A DNA stretch of 61,542 nucleotides, the filler included, from Dirinaria sp. TL-2023a (taxonomy: Eukaryota), in the NCBI GenBank assembly GCA_051941275.1. It is 13 parts of 13 records of this genome, joined end to end, with 100 filler letters (N's around TTAATTAATTAA, not from the genome) between each part and the next. Parts side by side here need not be neighbours in the genome. Positions count along the whole stretch, not along the records: positions 23,772 to 28,415 come from JAVEBF010001806.1; positions 28,516 to 33,154 come from JAVEBF010001807.1; positions 33,255 to 37,892 come from JAVEBF010001808.1; positions 37,993 to 42,629 come from JAVEBF010001809.1; 9 more parts are not named here. One strand, written 5' to 3'. Both the position numbers and the translations under genes were made by a program. Below are positions 25,666-38,500 of the stretch, piece after piece (the stretch's first letter is position 1; each line of letters begins with the position of its first letter). The notes beneath the pieces are model-generated. The model was not told the DNA's origin. It did not search any database and saw only the letters and a program-made list of their open reading frames with translations.

Positions 25666-27537
25666 GATGGAGATTGGAGGAGGCGGGCACGATACAAGAC
25701 GTCGGTGGGGACGCAGAGTGCAGATGCAGAAAAGCCGATTCGGATTTGAGACGCAATGAATTGAGAATCACAACGGCAGTCTGAGAGTGCGGATCAACGC
25801 TAGGATGCTGCAGCTACCTGCAGCTCTCGTGGAATGCTCGCGTGAGTAGCGAAGAGGGACTACTTCAACCACCAAACGATTGTACATGTGCAGCGAAGAA
25901 GGAGAAGAAGATGAAGAACAAACGACGCGCGACCGGAAGAATAGAGAATAGGAGAATTGAAGGAGAGAGAGCCTGGAAGCCACCGACGCGTGTTCGGGAT
26001 CTTCCTTTTTCGAACCACGAGCGGTGGTTCAGCCAGCCTCGCCATCGTTACTTTTCTTACTCTTTTTTCTTTTGGGAGTACCAAGCGGCAACCGGCGTTG
26101 AGCTTTTGGAGCAGCGGCAACGCAAGTCAACCCCACGAGACCGCTCTGGATGCGCCAAGACTCGCCAAGCCACGATGGCTAACTGGAGAGGGACTAGTGC
26201 AATCCATCAATTCGGTAAAGCGTTGACCGAGGCGGACCTGCTTGTCCAATTCTGGGACACACCATTCGCCAGACTAAGTCCTCTCGGTCACTCTACTTTA
26301 TCTTCAAAGCCCCCACGACCTTATCTACATCCTCTCATCGCTCTCCCATCCAACCCACAATAATCATCTATCCATAGGTCAAGCTCCTTCGACGTGGCCA
26401 GACCAGGGTTCTCTCAGAGACCCGTAAGAACAGCAATAATACTCCGGATACTCTCAGCCCAAGCCAGCCTCCCGTCCTGCACATCAAATGATTACTGTAT
26501 GCGAATCAATCGCTGCAAGTATCCTCGCTTAACGTTCCACTAGCTTCCTGGAAGTGGTACGCCCTTCGAAGGAGCCCAGGCTGTCGTTGATTATTTCGGA
26601 AGGATCGTCGAAAGAAGCCAGACGATGAAGATCCGCCTTCTCCATTATTTACTAGTACAATTGCGGCCTCCATTAACGGGCTAATCGTCGATCAACCAAT
26701 TAATGACATCGATGAACCTACAGAGCTTTGCGCTTTTGGCATCATTGCTGCACTCCTTAGGCCTCTCGCTCTTCAATCACTCGGCCGTGCTTCATCTCCG
26801 TATATACTTTTATTTCCACCTTTGGGGTAGCACTACCTTTTCGAATCATGGGGTCTGAAATTACAGTAGTTTGCCCTCACAGGAGACAATGTGACATTCA
26901 AAATGCAGGAACCCGTGTCGTTCCCAAGCTCCTTCAAAGGCTTGTTGCGTGGATGTCAAATTGTAGCCGAGCTCGCACGAGAGCCGTTGCAATCACATCT
27001 GTAGGCAGCCGGCTACTGACATACGATCTACTATTCTACGTAAGTGAGCAAACGCTTCTCCGCAGGGACTCACTAAATCTCCGAGCGTTCTCTGGAGAAA
27101 TGGTCCCTTTCTTCCATTATTATTGCCTTTTTCTCTTTCGTCTCGAGTGTTTGATAGGTTGTTCGACTGCAATGGGCCCTTGAGGGATCATTATTGGAAA
27201 TTTCACGGGTGGCACAACCTGACGACAATAATTGCCACACTCCTACCGCCCTCCAATGCCGATTTAACTCATAAACAGTCCCGCCAATAAAAATCACTAC
27301 CGGCTTAGTCATGACCGCCCTGAAAATCGCCTTCAATTTATAGGGAGGCTAACAACAGTCCTTGACGTAGTCGAGACCCTACTACCGCGGGGTAAACGTC
27401 ATACAACAAATCTTCAATTTCGACTTCTCCATTGCTCCTTTAATCCGCAGAACCATCCGCCACTGTTCAAACCATCCCTCACACTCATAACTCAACTCAT
27501 CAAACCCCGTACGAACCTCTATATCCAACATCCAATC

Positions 27538-27990
27538 ATGGACGGCGACCACTCCGCAAAGATAATGGAGCAAGGCGCCAATTCAGCAATGAAAGACCAG
27601 GAACTAACAAGCGGGATCCACGAATCCACAAACCAAATCGTACGCAACAACCCACCTCCCCCCACCAAAACCATCACCAGCCCTCACTGATCGCATGAAT
27701 ACAGCCCGCCGCCGGCGACAAGACCCAAGGAGCCGGGACAAGCATCTTCTCGAAGGAGGGCGCTGTCGGATCCATGTTCACTCGTAAGTCGCCCTTCCGC
27801 CGCCTTGTCTCCTTGCGATAATCAGACGCTGACGGGTTATTGTGGTCGAATAGATGAGGGAGCCATCGGCGGCACGGCGCAGAAGATCGGCGGACCGCTT
27901 GATAAGGAGGGGGCTGTTGGCAAGCATTTCAATGCCGATGGCAAGATCGGCGGGATGGTGCAAGAGAATTTGGCGGATAAGAAGCAATAA
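27538..27990 (+). CDS. Small Gly-rich conserved hypothetical protein (exons 27538-27639, 27705-27783, 27854-27990)
   Basis: Two GT-AG introns give one frame with an internal repeat: FSKEGAVGSMF / LDKEGAVGKHF. Confidence 0.75.
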
Positions 27991-29241
27991 AAACACACAC
28001 ATATATATATATATATACATATTCACATCCAAACTACCATGGTAGCGAAAGGCGGGTTTCGGATCCTTTTACCCCCCGTCTCTGTATCCACCGCGCCTGC
28101 AAAGCAAGCCTCTCTCTCCTCTTGTACAAAAAATATCAAAAGATAGCATAAAAAAAACCCCCCACAAAAAAATTCCTTCGAATCCAGCCCTAAGTATATA
28201 TTATGTAACTTCGCATCCCCCCCCTCTCTCGTTCTTTGATAGTCGGGTCTGAGGAAATGACAAGGCGACCCCCAGACCTTGCAGCAATTCGATTCTCGAT
28301 CCCTCGACTTACACACATATATCTCGTAGGAAGGAAGGAATTAGCAGCAGAGCATCTTCGGTTCTCTCCTACCTTTTTTATTATAGGTTCTATCGGTTGA
28401 CCGCCTCACCACTTTNNNNNNNNNNNNNNNNNNNNNNNNNNNNNNNNNNNNNNNNNNNNTTAATTAATTAANNNNNNNNNNNNNNNNNNNNNNNNNNNNN
28501 NNNNNNNNNNNNNNNTTAGAGACACCTCGAAAAAATGACTTATATAGAGCATTTTTAGAACTTAAAAATACGATACAACAGGCTTTCAAACCTTGGGCAA
28601 TAGTGGCAAGAACGTGGGCCTTTTGTACGAAATCTTAATTGTAGATCAAAAGTCTCGTCGAGGCATCCACGCGCTCCATATGAAAGAATCCTCTACTTCA
28701 CAAGCGAACGCCAGTACCGCAATTGACCCTACAACTGCTCAAAGTGATGATCAGGGTCATGCACCTTATCAGAATCGGCTATGCAGCGGAAACAAAGATC
28801 GAAGTCCTTGCAGTCGGCACACATGTAACGAGGACCCCAAACATCCTGCGAAACAATCTTTGGTTAGCTGGTTCCGAAAGGTTTAATACGACGGGAGTAC
28901 ACGTCACAGCTCTGCTGCCTCACAACTTACCATGTCACAAATACCACAGAAAGCCCTTTTGCGCTTTTCGCCCACAGCTTCCGCTGCACTGCTTGCACCA
29001 TTTCCAACGAACAACTGGGGTCTTAAATGGACGTTTCCGCAAAACATCGCAATCTGCACCGGCGTCCTTCCAGTTGCGTCGATTTTACTTTTGCTCGCCC
29101 CAGCCTTGAGCAGTTGCTTTACCACGGCAGCTGAGCCCGACTTTGCCGCCCAGTGTAAAGGGGTCCATTGCTGTGAATCTTCCATGTCGATTTGCGAGCC
29201 TGATCCAATTAACTTGCTGACGCATTCTGCAGATTCTGGGT

Positions 29242-29949
29242 TTGATTGATTGATTACTTCATTAGACACTCGGAGCCCGTCCTCAATCTGGACTAGCTAT
29301 GCGGCCATCAAAACAATCTATCTAAGGTATACACCTTAATCTCTCTGTATTTAATAACAATGTACTAATGAGTGGTTTCCTTCGGCACAATCGCCTCGAT
29401 CCTCTAACCGACGTCTCCTCTGCGACTTCAGAAGCCCGTTTCGGTACTCGTGGTTCATCCTGTGTAAATAAGTAAAGAAACAACCTCTAGAACTGAAGCT
29501 TTTCCTCGGCCTATTAACATCTTTGTATTCGTAATATCGAGGTCTCCATCTCTTAAATCGTAGTACTCGTGACGTGTTGAATATCGAGAAGAACTTGCTA
29601 CTAGTCTATAAAACATAGTACTGTAGCTGATGAAGAATGGCGAATCGAAGGGGATGTTCTCGGCAGTAACAGTATCGATGTCGCTGAAGGCGAAGTCGCG
29701 TGAAACAAGTCGAACTCTTTCTACCTTCTCTCTTGGCTTCGTGTCAACGTAAACGTCAATCACACAGAACAATCGACTTTGACGACGCGAATTTCGAGTT
29801 CAGACGCGTGTAGCAGACCAGATCACAGTTGTCATCACGAGGACACACTGCTCTCACTGTGCCCTCATCGTCAGGAGGATACTTGGCTCTATTGACATCG
29901 CAATAGGTTCGTAGCCGGCACCACGTACAGGTGATCCTCATCGCCGGCC
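29242..29949 (-). mobile_element. Non-autonomous non-LTR retroelement (SINE-like / internally deleted LINE), 708 bp
   Basis: 13-bp direct repeat GCAGATTCTGGGT at 29229-29241 and 29950-29962; 3' tail AA(TCAA)3 at 29255-29242; no intact RT ORF; interrupts an ankyrin repeat. Confidence 0.88.
29875..29949 (-). ncRNA. HDV-like self-cleaving ribozyme (predicted)
   Basis: GGCCGGC gau GAGGAUC ACC UGUACGU GGU GCCGGCU AC gaac CUAUUG cgaugu CAAUAG ag C caa G u AUCCUC: P1 with G1.U wobble, P2, P3, 7-nt L3, P1.1, P4, catalytic-position C at 29886. Confidence 0.85.
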
Positions 29950-32900
29950 GCAGATTCTGGGTAGGTAGAGGCGTGATGAATTGCAGTCATTCCTTGTTTA
30001 TCGCGCTTTGTTGACGAGCCTCGAAGGGATAGAAGCAAACCTACAGGGACACATTGGCCTTGTCTTGAAGCTGTGTGAAGGGATGTTCTCCCGGTCTGGT
30101 CTTCGCGATCGACATCAGCGCCGTGATTGATTAAAGTTTTCATCATGACTAGATTTTCGTTTTTACACGCTGCTTCCAGTGGTGTACCATAAAGCGGACT
30201 GCAAGCCTCACTGTCACTGCCAAAATTCAGCAGAATTTCAACAGCATTCAGATTATTAGCATAAGCCGCAACGTTGAGCGCAGTGCCTAGCTCGCCGGAA
30301 ATAGCGTTAACAGGTGCGCCCTGGGACACCAGGTATCTCAGGACGGATTCATTTCCATAGCAGGCAGCAATAAAGCAACTGTCACGCAGATCGTGCTCAC
30401 TACTGCTCGTCTTGCGCAGAATAAGATCCGCTGACGACGATAGACCCTGGGTTAAACTATGTATGAGAAGGACGTGTAAAAGGTAATTGCCCTGAACCGT
30501 ATTCTCGAAAGCGGCATCCACAAGGTCTTGGGTGACTTCGAGATCTGGCTGCCTTTTGAGTATTATCTCCAGGATTGATCGGTCGCAATACGGATTTTTC
30601 AACGCGGCTGCAGTCACGCTGTTCTCGATTTCTGTATCGGCAGGTAAATTGGCGAGTAGCAGTTTGAACATCGGCGTTCCCCGGTATTTGTTGGAGGCAG
30701 CTCGCTGTAACAGCTCGGTGTCGGCTCTCGCGCTGGTCCAATTGAGAAGAAAGTCAAGCAACGTAGTCAAAGCTTTTTCATTACTGGCTGCTGCCAGCAG
30801 AGCACCTCGGGTCACGACGGTATCCGGATGGCATGAGAGAAAATGCTGTAAAACAAATTTCCCATCTTCTCGCTTAGCTGCAGCTTCAACAAGAAGACTT
30901 TTGTTCATCTTCGGACCCCGATATTTTCCGAGTAGACGATCGAATTGAGTGGTGCTGAGCTCCGTGAGCTCCCACCGATCGCTATACCCTCCCTCCGACA
31001 CTTCTGATAAGATTGCGTCGAAAGTCAAATCTTCATCCCTCTCTACTTGAAGTGTACTTCCTTTAGCAAGATCGAACGTGAATGGGCTTGGGCCAGGAGC
31101 ACCGGGTTGTTCCAGCATCAGCTCAAACATTGATCGATCACCTGTCCGAGCAACTTCTTCGAGCACAAATCTCGAGATAGGGGAACTACTAAGTTGGGAA
31201 AGCAGGACCCGTAAGACAGCCATATTGGTGCCACGTACTCGGATCGCAGCAATCAGGTATTCCTCCTTAACTTCAAAATTGGGCTTCTCTTTTCTAAAAT
31301 GTTCCACAAATTCTATATTAGTCCCCTGAATAGCGGCAAGTAGCACATTGCCAGTCAACCCTGTCTCGACAGATTCACAAAATTGAAGGAGAAAGTCAAA
31401 AACCTGGGTGCCGTCCCACTCACAAGAAACGGAAGCTATCATCGATGCTTCTGTCACCGGTAAACTGGTCCAGTGGTTGGCAAGCACACGAACCAGCTCC
31501 AGCTTGTAAAAAACATTGGAGACGGGTTGAAGAAGGATATCTTCTGAAGGTCCAAGTTCGAAGCCAGCTTTGTGTCGTAACAACAGATCCAACTTGTCTG
31601 CTGCATCAAAACCACCCTTGAGAGACGCGCATACTACTTCTCTAGATATTGAGACTGCCCTAGGCGTGGAAATGACCGATTTCATTTCCGACAGAGAGCT
31701 CTTGGTGGCGCAGGCTTGTAAGAAGGCATCGGTAATACATAGAGACTCACCATGGCCTATACCTACCAGCAAAGCATATAGGTATCGCGATTGTTCTGCC
31801 GCAATATACAAGCTTTCTTCGAGTATTGAGGGACAATTGAGCCGAGGGAACAAGATATTGAGATTCTTTGCTGAAAGAGAGTTCGCTAGGACACTTTGGA
31901 GTACTTGCTGGCTGATCGTAGCAGTGTCAGAACGTTCGAGAAAGAATTTAAGTACAGCGAAAGCCAAGCTTTCGTTCGTGGCAGCTGCCATGAGCCAATC
32001 CTCCGTAGTATGATTAATTGAACAGTGTCCGGTGGGGAGGCCCAAGCTCGGAATAACTTCAGCTTCTATGTCGTACATCCTGGCCACGTTGCAAACCAAC
32101 TCTTCAGATATCTCACAACGTGAATCATGATTCAACAAAGCTTTCACGACTGCTTCTTTGTTGCTCTGCGAATAGCGGAAGGCCATTATGATGCTACTTT
32201 CAGAAACTCTGAGATTTTCACCTTTCGCGAGGATCATTTCCACTAGCTCTGGATTGATAGATGGATTTTGTACTGCCGCGTTCAACATACGCTCAGTGAA
32301 TTTTAGCGTATGGGATTTTGCCGTTATGACATCAAGTGTCTCAAACGAAGCACAATGTGAGAGAATATCAAGGTAGGTCTCTTCGTCAATCTCATTCGAA
32401 TCGTTTAAGAGACTTAGGACCATCTCTTTCCCAGATTTCGGGTCCTTTACTGCTTCGATGATTGTACTCTTGAACGGTATATCTTCAATGTGCTCTAGAG
32501 CAAATTTCCAAATGTCTAGATTGCGACTCCTTGCTGCTGCTGCTAACCACTCTTTGGCCCGTATAGAGGACCTAGGTTTCAGAGAAGCAGTGCGACAAAT
32601 CAACCTCATCGTGACAAGGTTTCCGTAAAACGTGGCAACCTCTAACGGCCTCGCACGCCCATCATTCTCCGCAAAAAGTGCCTTCTGCGTAGTCGCAGCA
32701 TCTACAAGTTCGTTAAGGCCATAGACACAAATCATGAACAACGGAAGTCCTGGACAACATCGACTATCGCGTCCCTCCTGCCAAATGTCTTCCTGTATGA
32801 ACAAATTTGATCTAAAGCAGTCAGAATTCCATCGGTCAAAAGCGTTGTTAGACTCTCGGTCTAAAAAAAAATCCTGCATTAGACCTCGAAGCCTCGGCTC

Positions 32901-34330
32901 TTGTCTTAGTCTGCCCGACTTCGAACAATGTCGGCCAAGGCAAATGCACGCATAGTTGCGAAAACCGTCGTGATCCAGGTACTTCCAATCGGACCTAAGG
33001 TAACTTGTTAAGCATGCCTCGGCAGCGACACCATGTGCGACTTCTCCACTAAAGTCGGGCCTCCTTTCAAAGAATTCTTTCACCGAGAGATGGGCGAAAG
33101 TGAAATACACATGATGAACTTCTACGGTCATCAAACCCCGTGTCATCCTAAGAANNNNNNNNNNNNNNNNNNNNNNNNNNNNNNNNNNNNNNNNNNNNTT
33201 AATTAATTAANNNNNNNNNNNNNNNNNNNNNNNNNNNNNNNNNNNNNNNNNNNNGCCTTGTAGCCTGTAGTAAGGTAAGAAGGCCCTGGTACGGAGTAGT
33301 CCTTGTACCGTACCTTAGTTCTCTTTCTTCGCAAAGATAGCGGAAGGACGCCCCGGTGTGTGGCGCCGCTTGTCACGGAATACGTCTGCCTAGCCCGGAT
33401 GTGGTAAGGTGTGGTATCAACGCTGCGACGACGGCTGCGACTCGCTGCATCGTCGGACGAGCATGGTTAAGGTCTCATCACTTTAAACTTACCTCACCTA
33501 CCTTACCTTACCTACCTCACTACTATCCTGATTGCCTCAAGAAGGTTTCCCTCGTATGGACCAGCTGCTCTGTTGAACCCGAGAATACCATCCCCCCCCA
33601 TGCACAAGAAAGAGGGTGTCGTGGGGACATTCTGATAGTCTCAACAAATGCCCTATCTCTTAGCTCCATTCCACCAATCCTATGCTTTCGAATAGCCACA
33701 CACCATCATCCGGCCCCCTCCCCCAATCGAACCTACCTTACTCCGTATCCTACCGACTACGTCTACTTACACGACTCACACTAAACCCAACAGCTTAAGG
33801 TAACGGTAGTCCCAGCTCCCACTATTATATCCCGGAGACCCCTCCTTTCCCTGCTTTCTGACCACAAGAACCTGGCCACCTCCATCGAAGATCATTCGTC
33901 GCCTGTCACAAGCTGCATACCTGTCGCCAAGCGATCTATGATCCGTGTGAGCATTACGACTCCCACCCGCCGTTGACGCCCTATTGGCCCTTCTAGTGCT
34001 TCTGAATTGCCCGAACGTTGATACTGATGCTTAGCATCTCCTAGTCCTCGAGCTACCCCACAGGACGATCATCTGCATGAAATTTTCCGCATTCCCGTTA
34101 CATTACCTCTGCATTCATCGCAGTCAAGCTCTGCCTATCATTCAGGCGCTAGTCGAGGACCTCCGCTCAGGCTTTGACGCCGCTGCAGATCAACGACATC
34201 TGGATCAACTCCTCGCTGCATGACTAAAGGACCTCTAGGGTGTGTCTATCGTGTCTATCGACCCTTGGAGCCATCAGAAGGTTTCGGATCGGCCATCTGC
34301 CGCCAACCTACAAACTTACGCTGCTGAGCC

Positions 34331-35578
34331 ATGGCGTCCACCTCGTTTCGTGATTCCATGAACTCTCTGGGCTGGTCTCGACGGGATCCAGATATTCCAG
34401 CCAACACCAACACTTCAACGCCCATTCTGTCTAGGCTACAATCGTTAAATCCTTTCGGTCAGTCAGGCTATGTGAGCCTGCCCACCCAGGAAGGGCCTGG
34501 GGCTCCCTTACCAGCACCAAGCCGCAGAGAGGAAGAGGAAGGCTGGTTCGCACGTGAGTACCTGGGGAAGGCTTTATTATATCTTCACTCACCTCCGCAC
34601 GCGTTTGCGATACCTCACTAGTGCCTGCACAGCCGTTTTTGTCCCACATTAGCACCATGCAGCTGTCCGTCGCGTTTTCATTGACTACCTAGACGTTTCC
34701 CGTTGCGACGATGAACATCCCCTGCTAACGGTGCTCTGGACGAACAGTGAGTAGGTGGGATCGCCTGCTGATCTTTGTCGCATTCAATCTTGCAGCTGCG
34801 GCCTGCTTCGTTATCTGCTTTACACTCTTCCCCGTCCTTGCCATCAAGCCCCGGAAGTTCGCCATCCTGTATGTATGCCTTTCCTTGATCGAGGCTAGCG
34901 CACCCACCCTAGCAACTCTGAGTGAAAGGGCAAGCCATGCGCGCCACTCTTTATTCGCGCACCACACCCTCTTCGACTCAAGGGGCGTCATGAGGCTCGA
35001 GCTTCGGAAACCTAGAGCTCGTCCACAGTCCAAGGAGACGTTTCGCAGGGTCTACATTTGTTTCATTCCTTGCCATGCCTCAAGTGCTGAGAACGAGTTT
35101 GGATGGCTAACTTACTGGGCCATTGGCAGGTGGTCGATTGGATCCGTACTATTTCTGGCATCATGGGCGGTCATGATGGGCCCAATAGTATACGTCAAGC
35201 ACCTTATCTCTGAGCCCCGACTGCCCTTCACTGCTGCATACTTTGGATCGATCGGGATGACATTATTCTCTGCCATCGGGGTATGTCCCTCAGTTTACCC
35301 CCACACTCCTTCCATGCTATTCAAGCTCAACGCAAAGACGCTCTTGCACTTCGCCCCTATCGTCGGAGCCTTACTATAAGAAGTGCTTGCAAAGATGTCT
35401 GCTGACCCTGATGTTCACATGACAGCTTCGCAGCTTCCTGCTGACACTCCTGTTCTCTGTAATTCAGCTAGCTTCTCTTGTTTGGTATCTTGTCAGTTAC
35501 TTCCCTATGGGAAGCACCGGTCTGCGCTTTGCCGCTAGGTTTGGGACAAACCGGGTCTCGGCTTGGATGACAGAGTGA
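34331..35578 (+). CDS. SFT2: Sft2/Got1-family Golgi vesicle transport protein, 4 exons
   Basis: LSRWDRLLIF, KPRKFAIL|WSIGSVLFLASW, MGPIVYVKHLISEPRLPF, WYLVSYFPMG. Confidence 0.93.
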
Positions 35579-38500
35579 TCTTGCATATAGTGAGTTGGAA
35601 TGGTTCGTAGGCTGATAGTGGAAATAATCCAACACGCAACAGGCCACCCTCTAACCATACCATAGTCTTGGCTTCGACAAACGAGCATCATTCGCAGTAA
35701 TATTCTATACCAAGTTTCAATCCGCAAGAATCCTATAGTCGATCGGACCCCTTTCCGCATAATTCGTATTACTGATCCCGCACTCCATGGCGTCGTTCTT
35801 CCTGTGCCGAAGGAGTCCGCAATTTCATAATTAGATTTTCTTACACACCTTCATCCTCTATGGCAGTCTCGACCGTGCCACATACGCCTCTCTCCTTTTG
35901 TCGCACAAAAGTGGCGACTTTACTCTCGTGCAGAACCGCGCTCGCGACCATCATGCATCTGCACGGAATTAGCCTGACGATTATCATCGGCCACTCAGAT
36001 CGAACGCTTTTCGTATGACTTGAACCCAAATTGTAAGGTTCATAATCGCAAAGCCGCTGACCTAATCAACGATGGCACTGTACATGTAATACTTTCGAGT
36101 TGAACAACCCAAGACCGACCAGGGTTGCGGTCACTGTGGTTCGAGCAAGGTCCTCCTGCTCCCGCAGTACACCTCATGGATGGCGCTCAAGTCAGTATTG
36201 GGCTGTAGAACACCCGTGCTTATTGATCTTACAAGCATTCGGCTGCTGTCACTTCTTCGCACACGAGCATGTATTGAGAACAAAGCAGCTATAGGCTCTA
36301 TTGCAACTTGTTGCCGGCTTAACCGGAGCATGGCCAGTGAGTGTCCCCGTGCCAGCGACCATCCTTTGCGCGACGAGTATCGTTACTCTGCTGGTGCAAG
36401 CAGGTCGATCCATGCAATGGCAGTGCAACTCCATCCCGGCACGCCGTCGTTGCTTACGATACTAAGTATGGTCGACGCTTGCTCGTCGTCAGCAGATGAC
36501 CTTGACGACTTTCGTTCGCTCATGGTGGCGTCACCACAGTCTCCTATGGCCATGCCTCACATCGCTGCTTAAGAAACCAACGATGAAAATCACTCATCAC
36601 GTTCCATGAAAGTTCTTGCCCTCTTCTCAGCGACACTAGCAACAAAATCAGCACCGGAACGTGATGCTGGTAAACCCCAATACATCAAAAAGAGGAATAT
36701 GTCGACAATAAGCCGTCACACTCCGAGCATCAAAGGATGACCGCTACATGTACTAGCCTAAAGCTCTACTATTTAGGATGATAAATCACCGTGTGAAGAC
36801 CTCAGAGTACGATGTCACGATGTCAAGGTCCTAGTGGGGCGAGATTGTCATTCTCAGAGTCAAAGAAGAACATGTGAGAGAACGATAGCCATCATCAAAC
36901 ACTGAAGATCCTTCATGGCGACTACTTCCCTATCAGCCTGACTTTGTTTCAAACAGTCGAATCCCCACACAAGGATGCCTATCGTCAGATCCTGCATATT
37001 CCCATATTCAAAAGATTTCTCTCAGCAGCCGATATCCTCAAAAGTATCCCGAAGCACAAGATACTTCGAACCAACGCCGAAAAACATCACACGCCATTAT
37101 GTTCGAACGACGTTGAGCCTTATAACATCCCTACGCAATACAGCTCTCCAACAGCGCTTACAGACATGAACATAGAATCCATCATACGTCTCCTCCAAGC
37201 AGTAGGCGCCTACGCTTTACTCAAACTCTCCCCCTCCACGTCTATCTACCGAAGCCCCGACAACCAGTATCCAGACTAAACCTGCAACATCCAATACTAG
37301 TTTCGAAGAAGCGCCACACCCAAAAAAAAGGTCCAAAACCTCTACTTCAATAACTGTCGATAACGTGCATCGCTCCAGCGATCCTGCTCCTTTTTGAAAT
37401 TCGTACCAACACGGTTCAGGCTGCCCTGCCGTATCCCATACTCTATCATCTTCCAAAACTAATTAGTCCGGCAACAAAGAAAGACGTTAGAGCTTTTCAT
37501 AAACCTACTATCCCACTCCTCCTGAATACACCACCAACCATCCCCCTTATTCAACTCCCCTCTTTCGGGAAACAACGATCGCGAAAATCCTTTAGGTAGA
37601 TAGCTGAAAGCGCCAATAGCCGTCTGCTTCCCTTTTACGCCCTCTGAAGCAGGCTGTGGACCAGCTGCACTCTATTCTTGATTCATGTATCACTATTTGA
37701 TCCTCCTCGTACCAGATCAATCTTATACAAACCACAGCGCTTCTGTACATGAAACTTTCGCTGTACAGGTTTCGTAGTACCTTATGTACAATACAAATAA
37801 ATCCTTCAATCCATATATATTCCTTCCTGCACTTATTTCAAATCAAACACTACCTTACCTCACACAATTAATCTCCCACCATCATCCGCATCNNNNNNNN
37901 NNNNNNNNNNNNNNNNNNNNNNNNNNNNNNNNNNNNTTAATTAATTAANNNNNNNNNNNNNNNNNNNNNNNNNNNNNNNNNNNNNNNNNNNNATATCAAG
38001 GATCTTGATCGCATTTGAAAATAGACAGGCAAACAATGACACCTCTGTGATGACATGGACGATGGAATTGCTGGCAGCATTGCGGCTCTCGAAGGCACGT
38101 CCCTCGGCACGTGACTATACCAAGACGCCAGGTATGAGCGAGATGCTCACGATCATTTTCGACTTCAAGACCGTCTTGTCAGATATCATACGAAAGCCCC
38201 AATAACGTCTTCTTGAACATCGAAAAATCGTAATTAACTTAGCATTCCATCATCTCACTATCAGAAACCGTTTCTGTACCCCACCACTGATAAAACAAGC
38301 AGCGAATTTACTAGAATCCACCTTTTCAACAGCAATTGGCTAAAGCTCTCTAGTTTGCGAAATGATAAAGTACATACGACTCAGATGTTATGACAGTGCG
38401 CAACGGTGAGGATACATTCGTTAGTGCCAAGCTTTTGTATGAGGCCTGCATATCCTTATAGAGGGGAGATTAGCTTCGAACGAGTTTTGAAGTATGCTAT

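Larger units (their letters stand above)
28729..33154 (-). pseudogene. NLR-like gene (post-NACHT winged helix, helical repeats, ankyrin repeats, C-terminal ZZ zinc finger), 5'-truncated by contig edge and interrupted by a 708-bp insertion
   Basis: FAHLSVKEFF; repeated V/ITEExLxAAA-type units; ankyrins (GTALNVAA, GTPLEAAC, GRTSLHTAS, WTPLHWAA). Removing the insert restores ...STYPESA|ECVSKLI. Last exon 28845-28729 gives CGICDM|DVWGPRYMCADCKDFDLCFRC...H...H. Confidence 0.85.

Noticed and set aside
29455..29772. 105-aa ORF within the insertion
   Set aside because: Non-ATG start and no RT/endonuclease motifs; at most a decayed LINE remnant.
29835..29874. CUGACGA (hammerhead core CUGANGA) plus stem just after the HDV-like fold
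   Set aside because: The stem is followed by GUGA rather than GAAA, and no stems I/III could be formed.
33935..34010. Possible C/D snoRNA upstream of SFT2 (ATGATCC...CTGA)
   Set aside because: Poor box C, no terminal stem, no recognisable guide.
35800..37892. Several 60-130 aa ORFs downstream of SFT2
   Set aside because: No motifs or coherent splice model.
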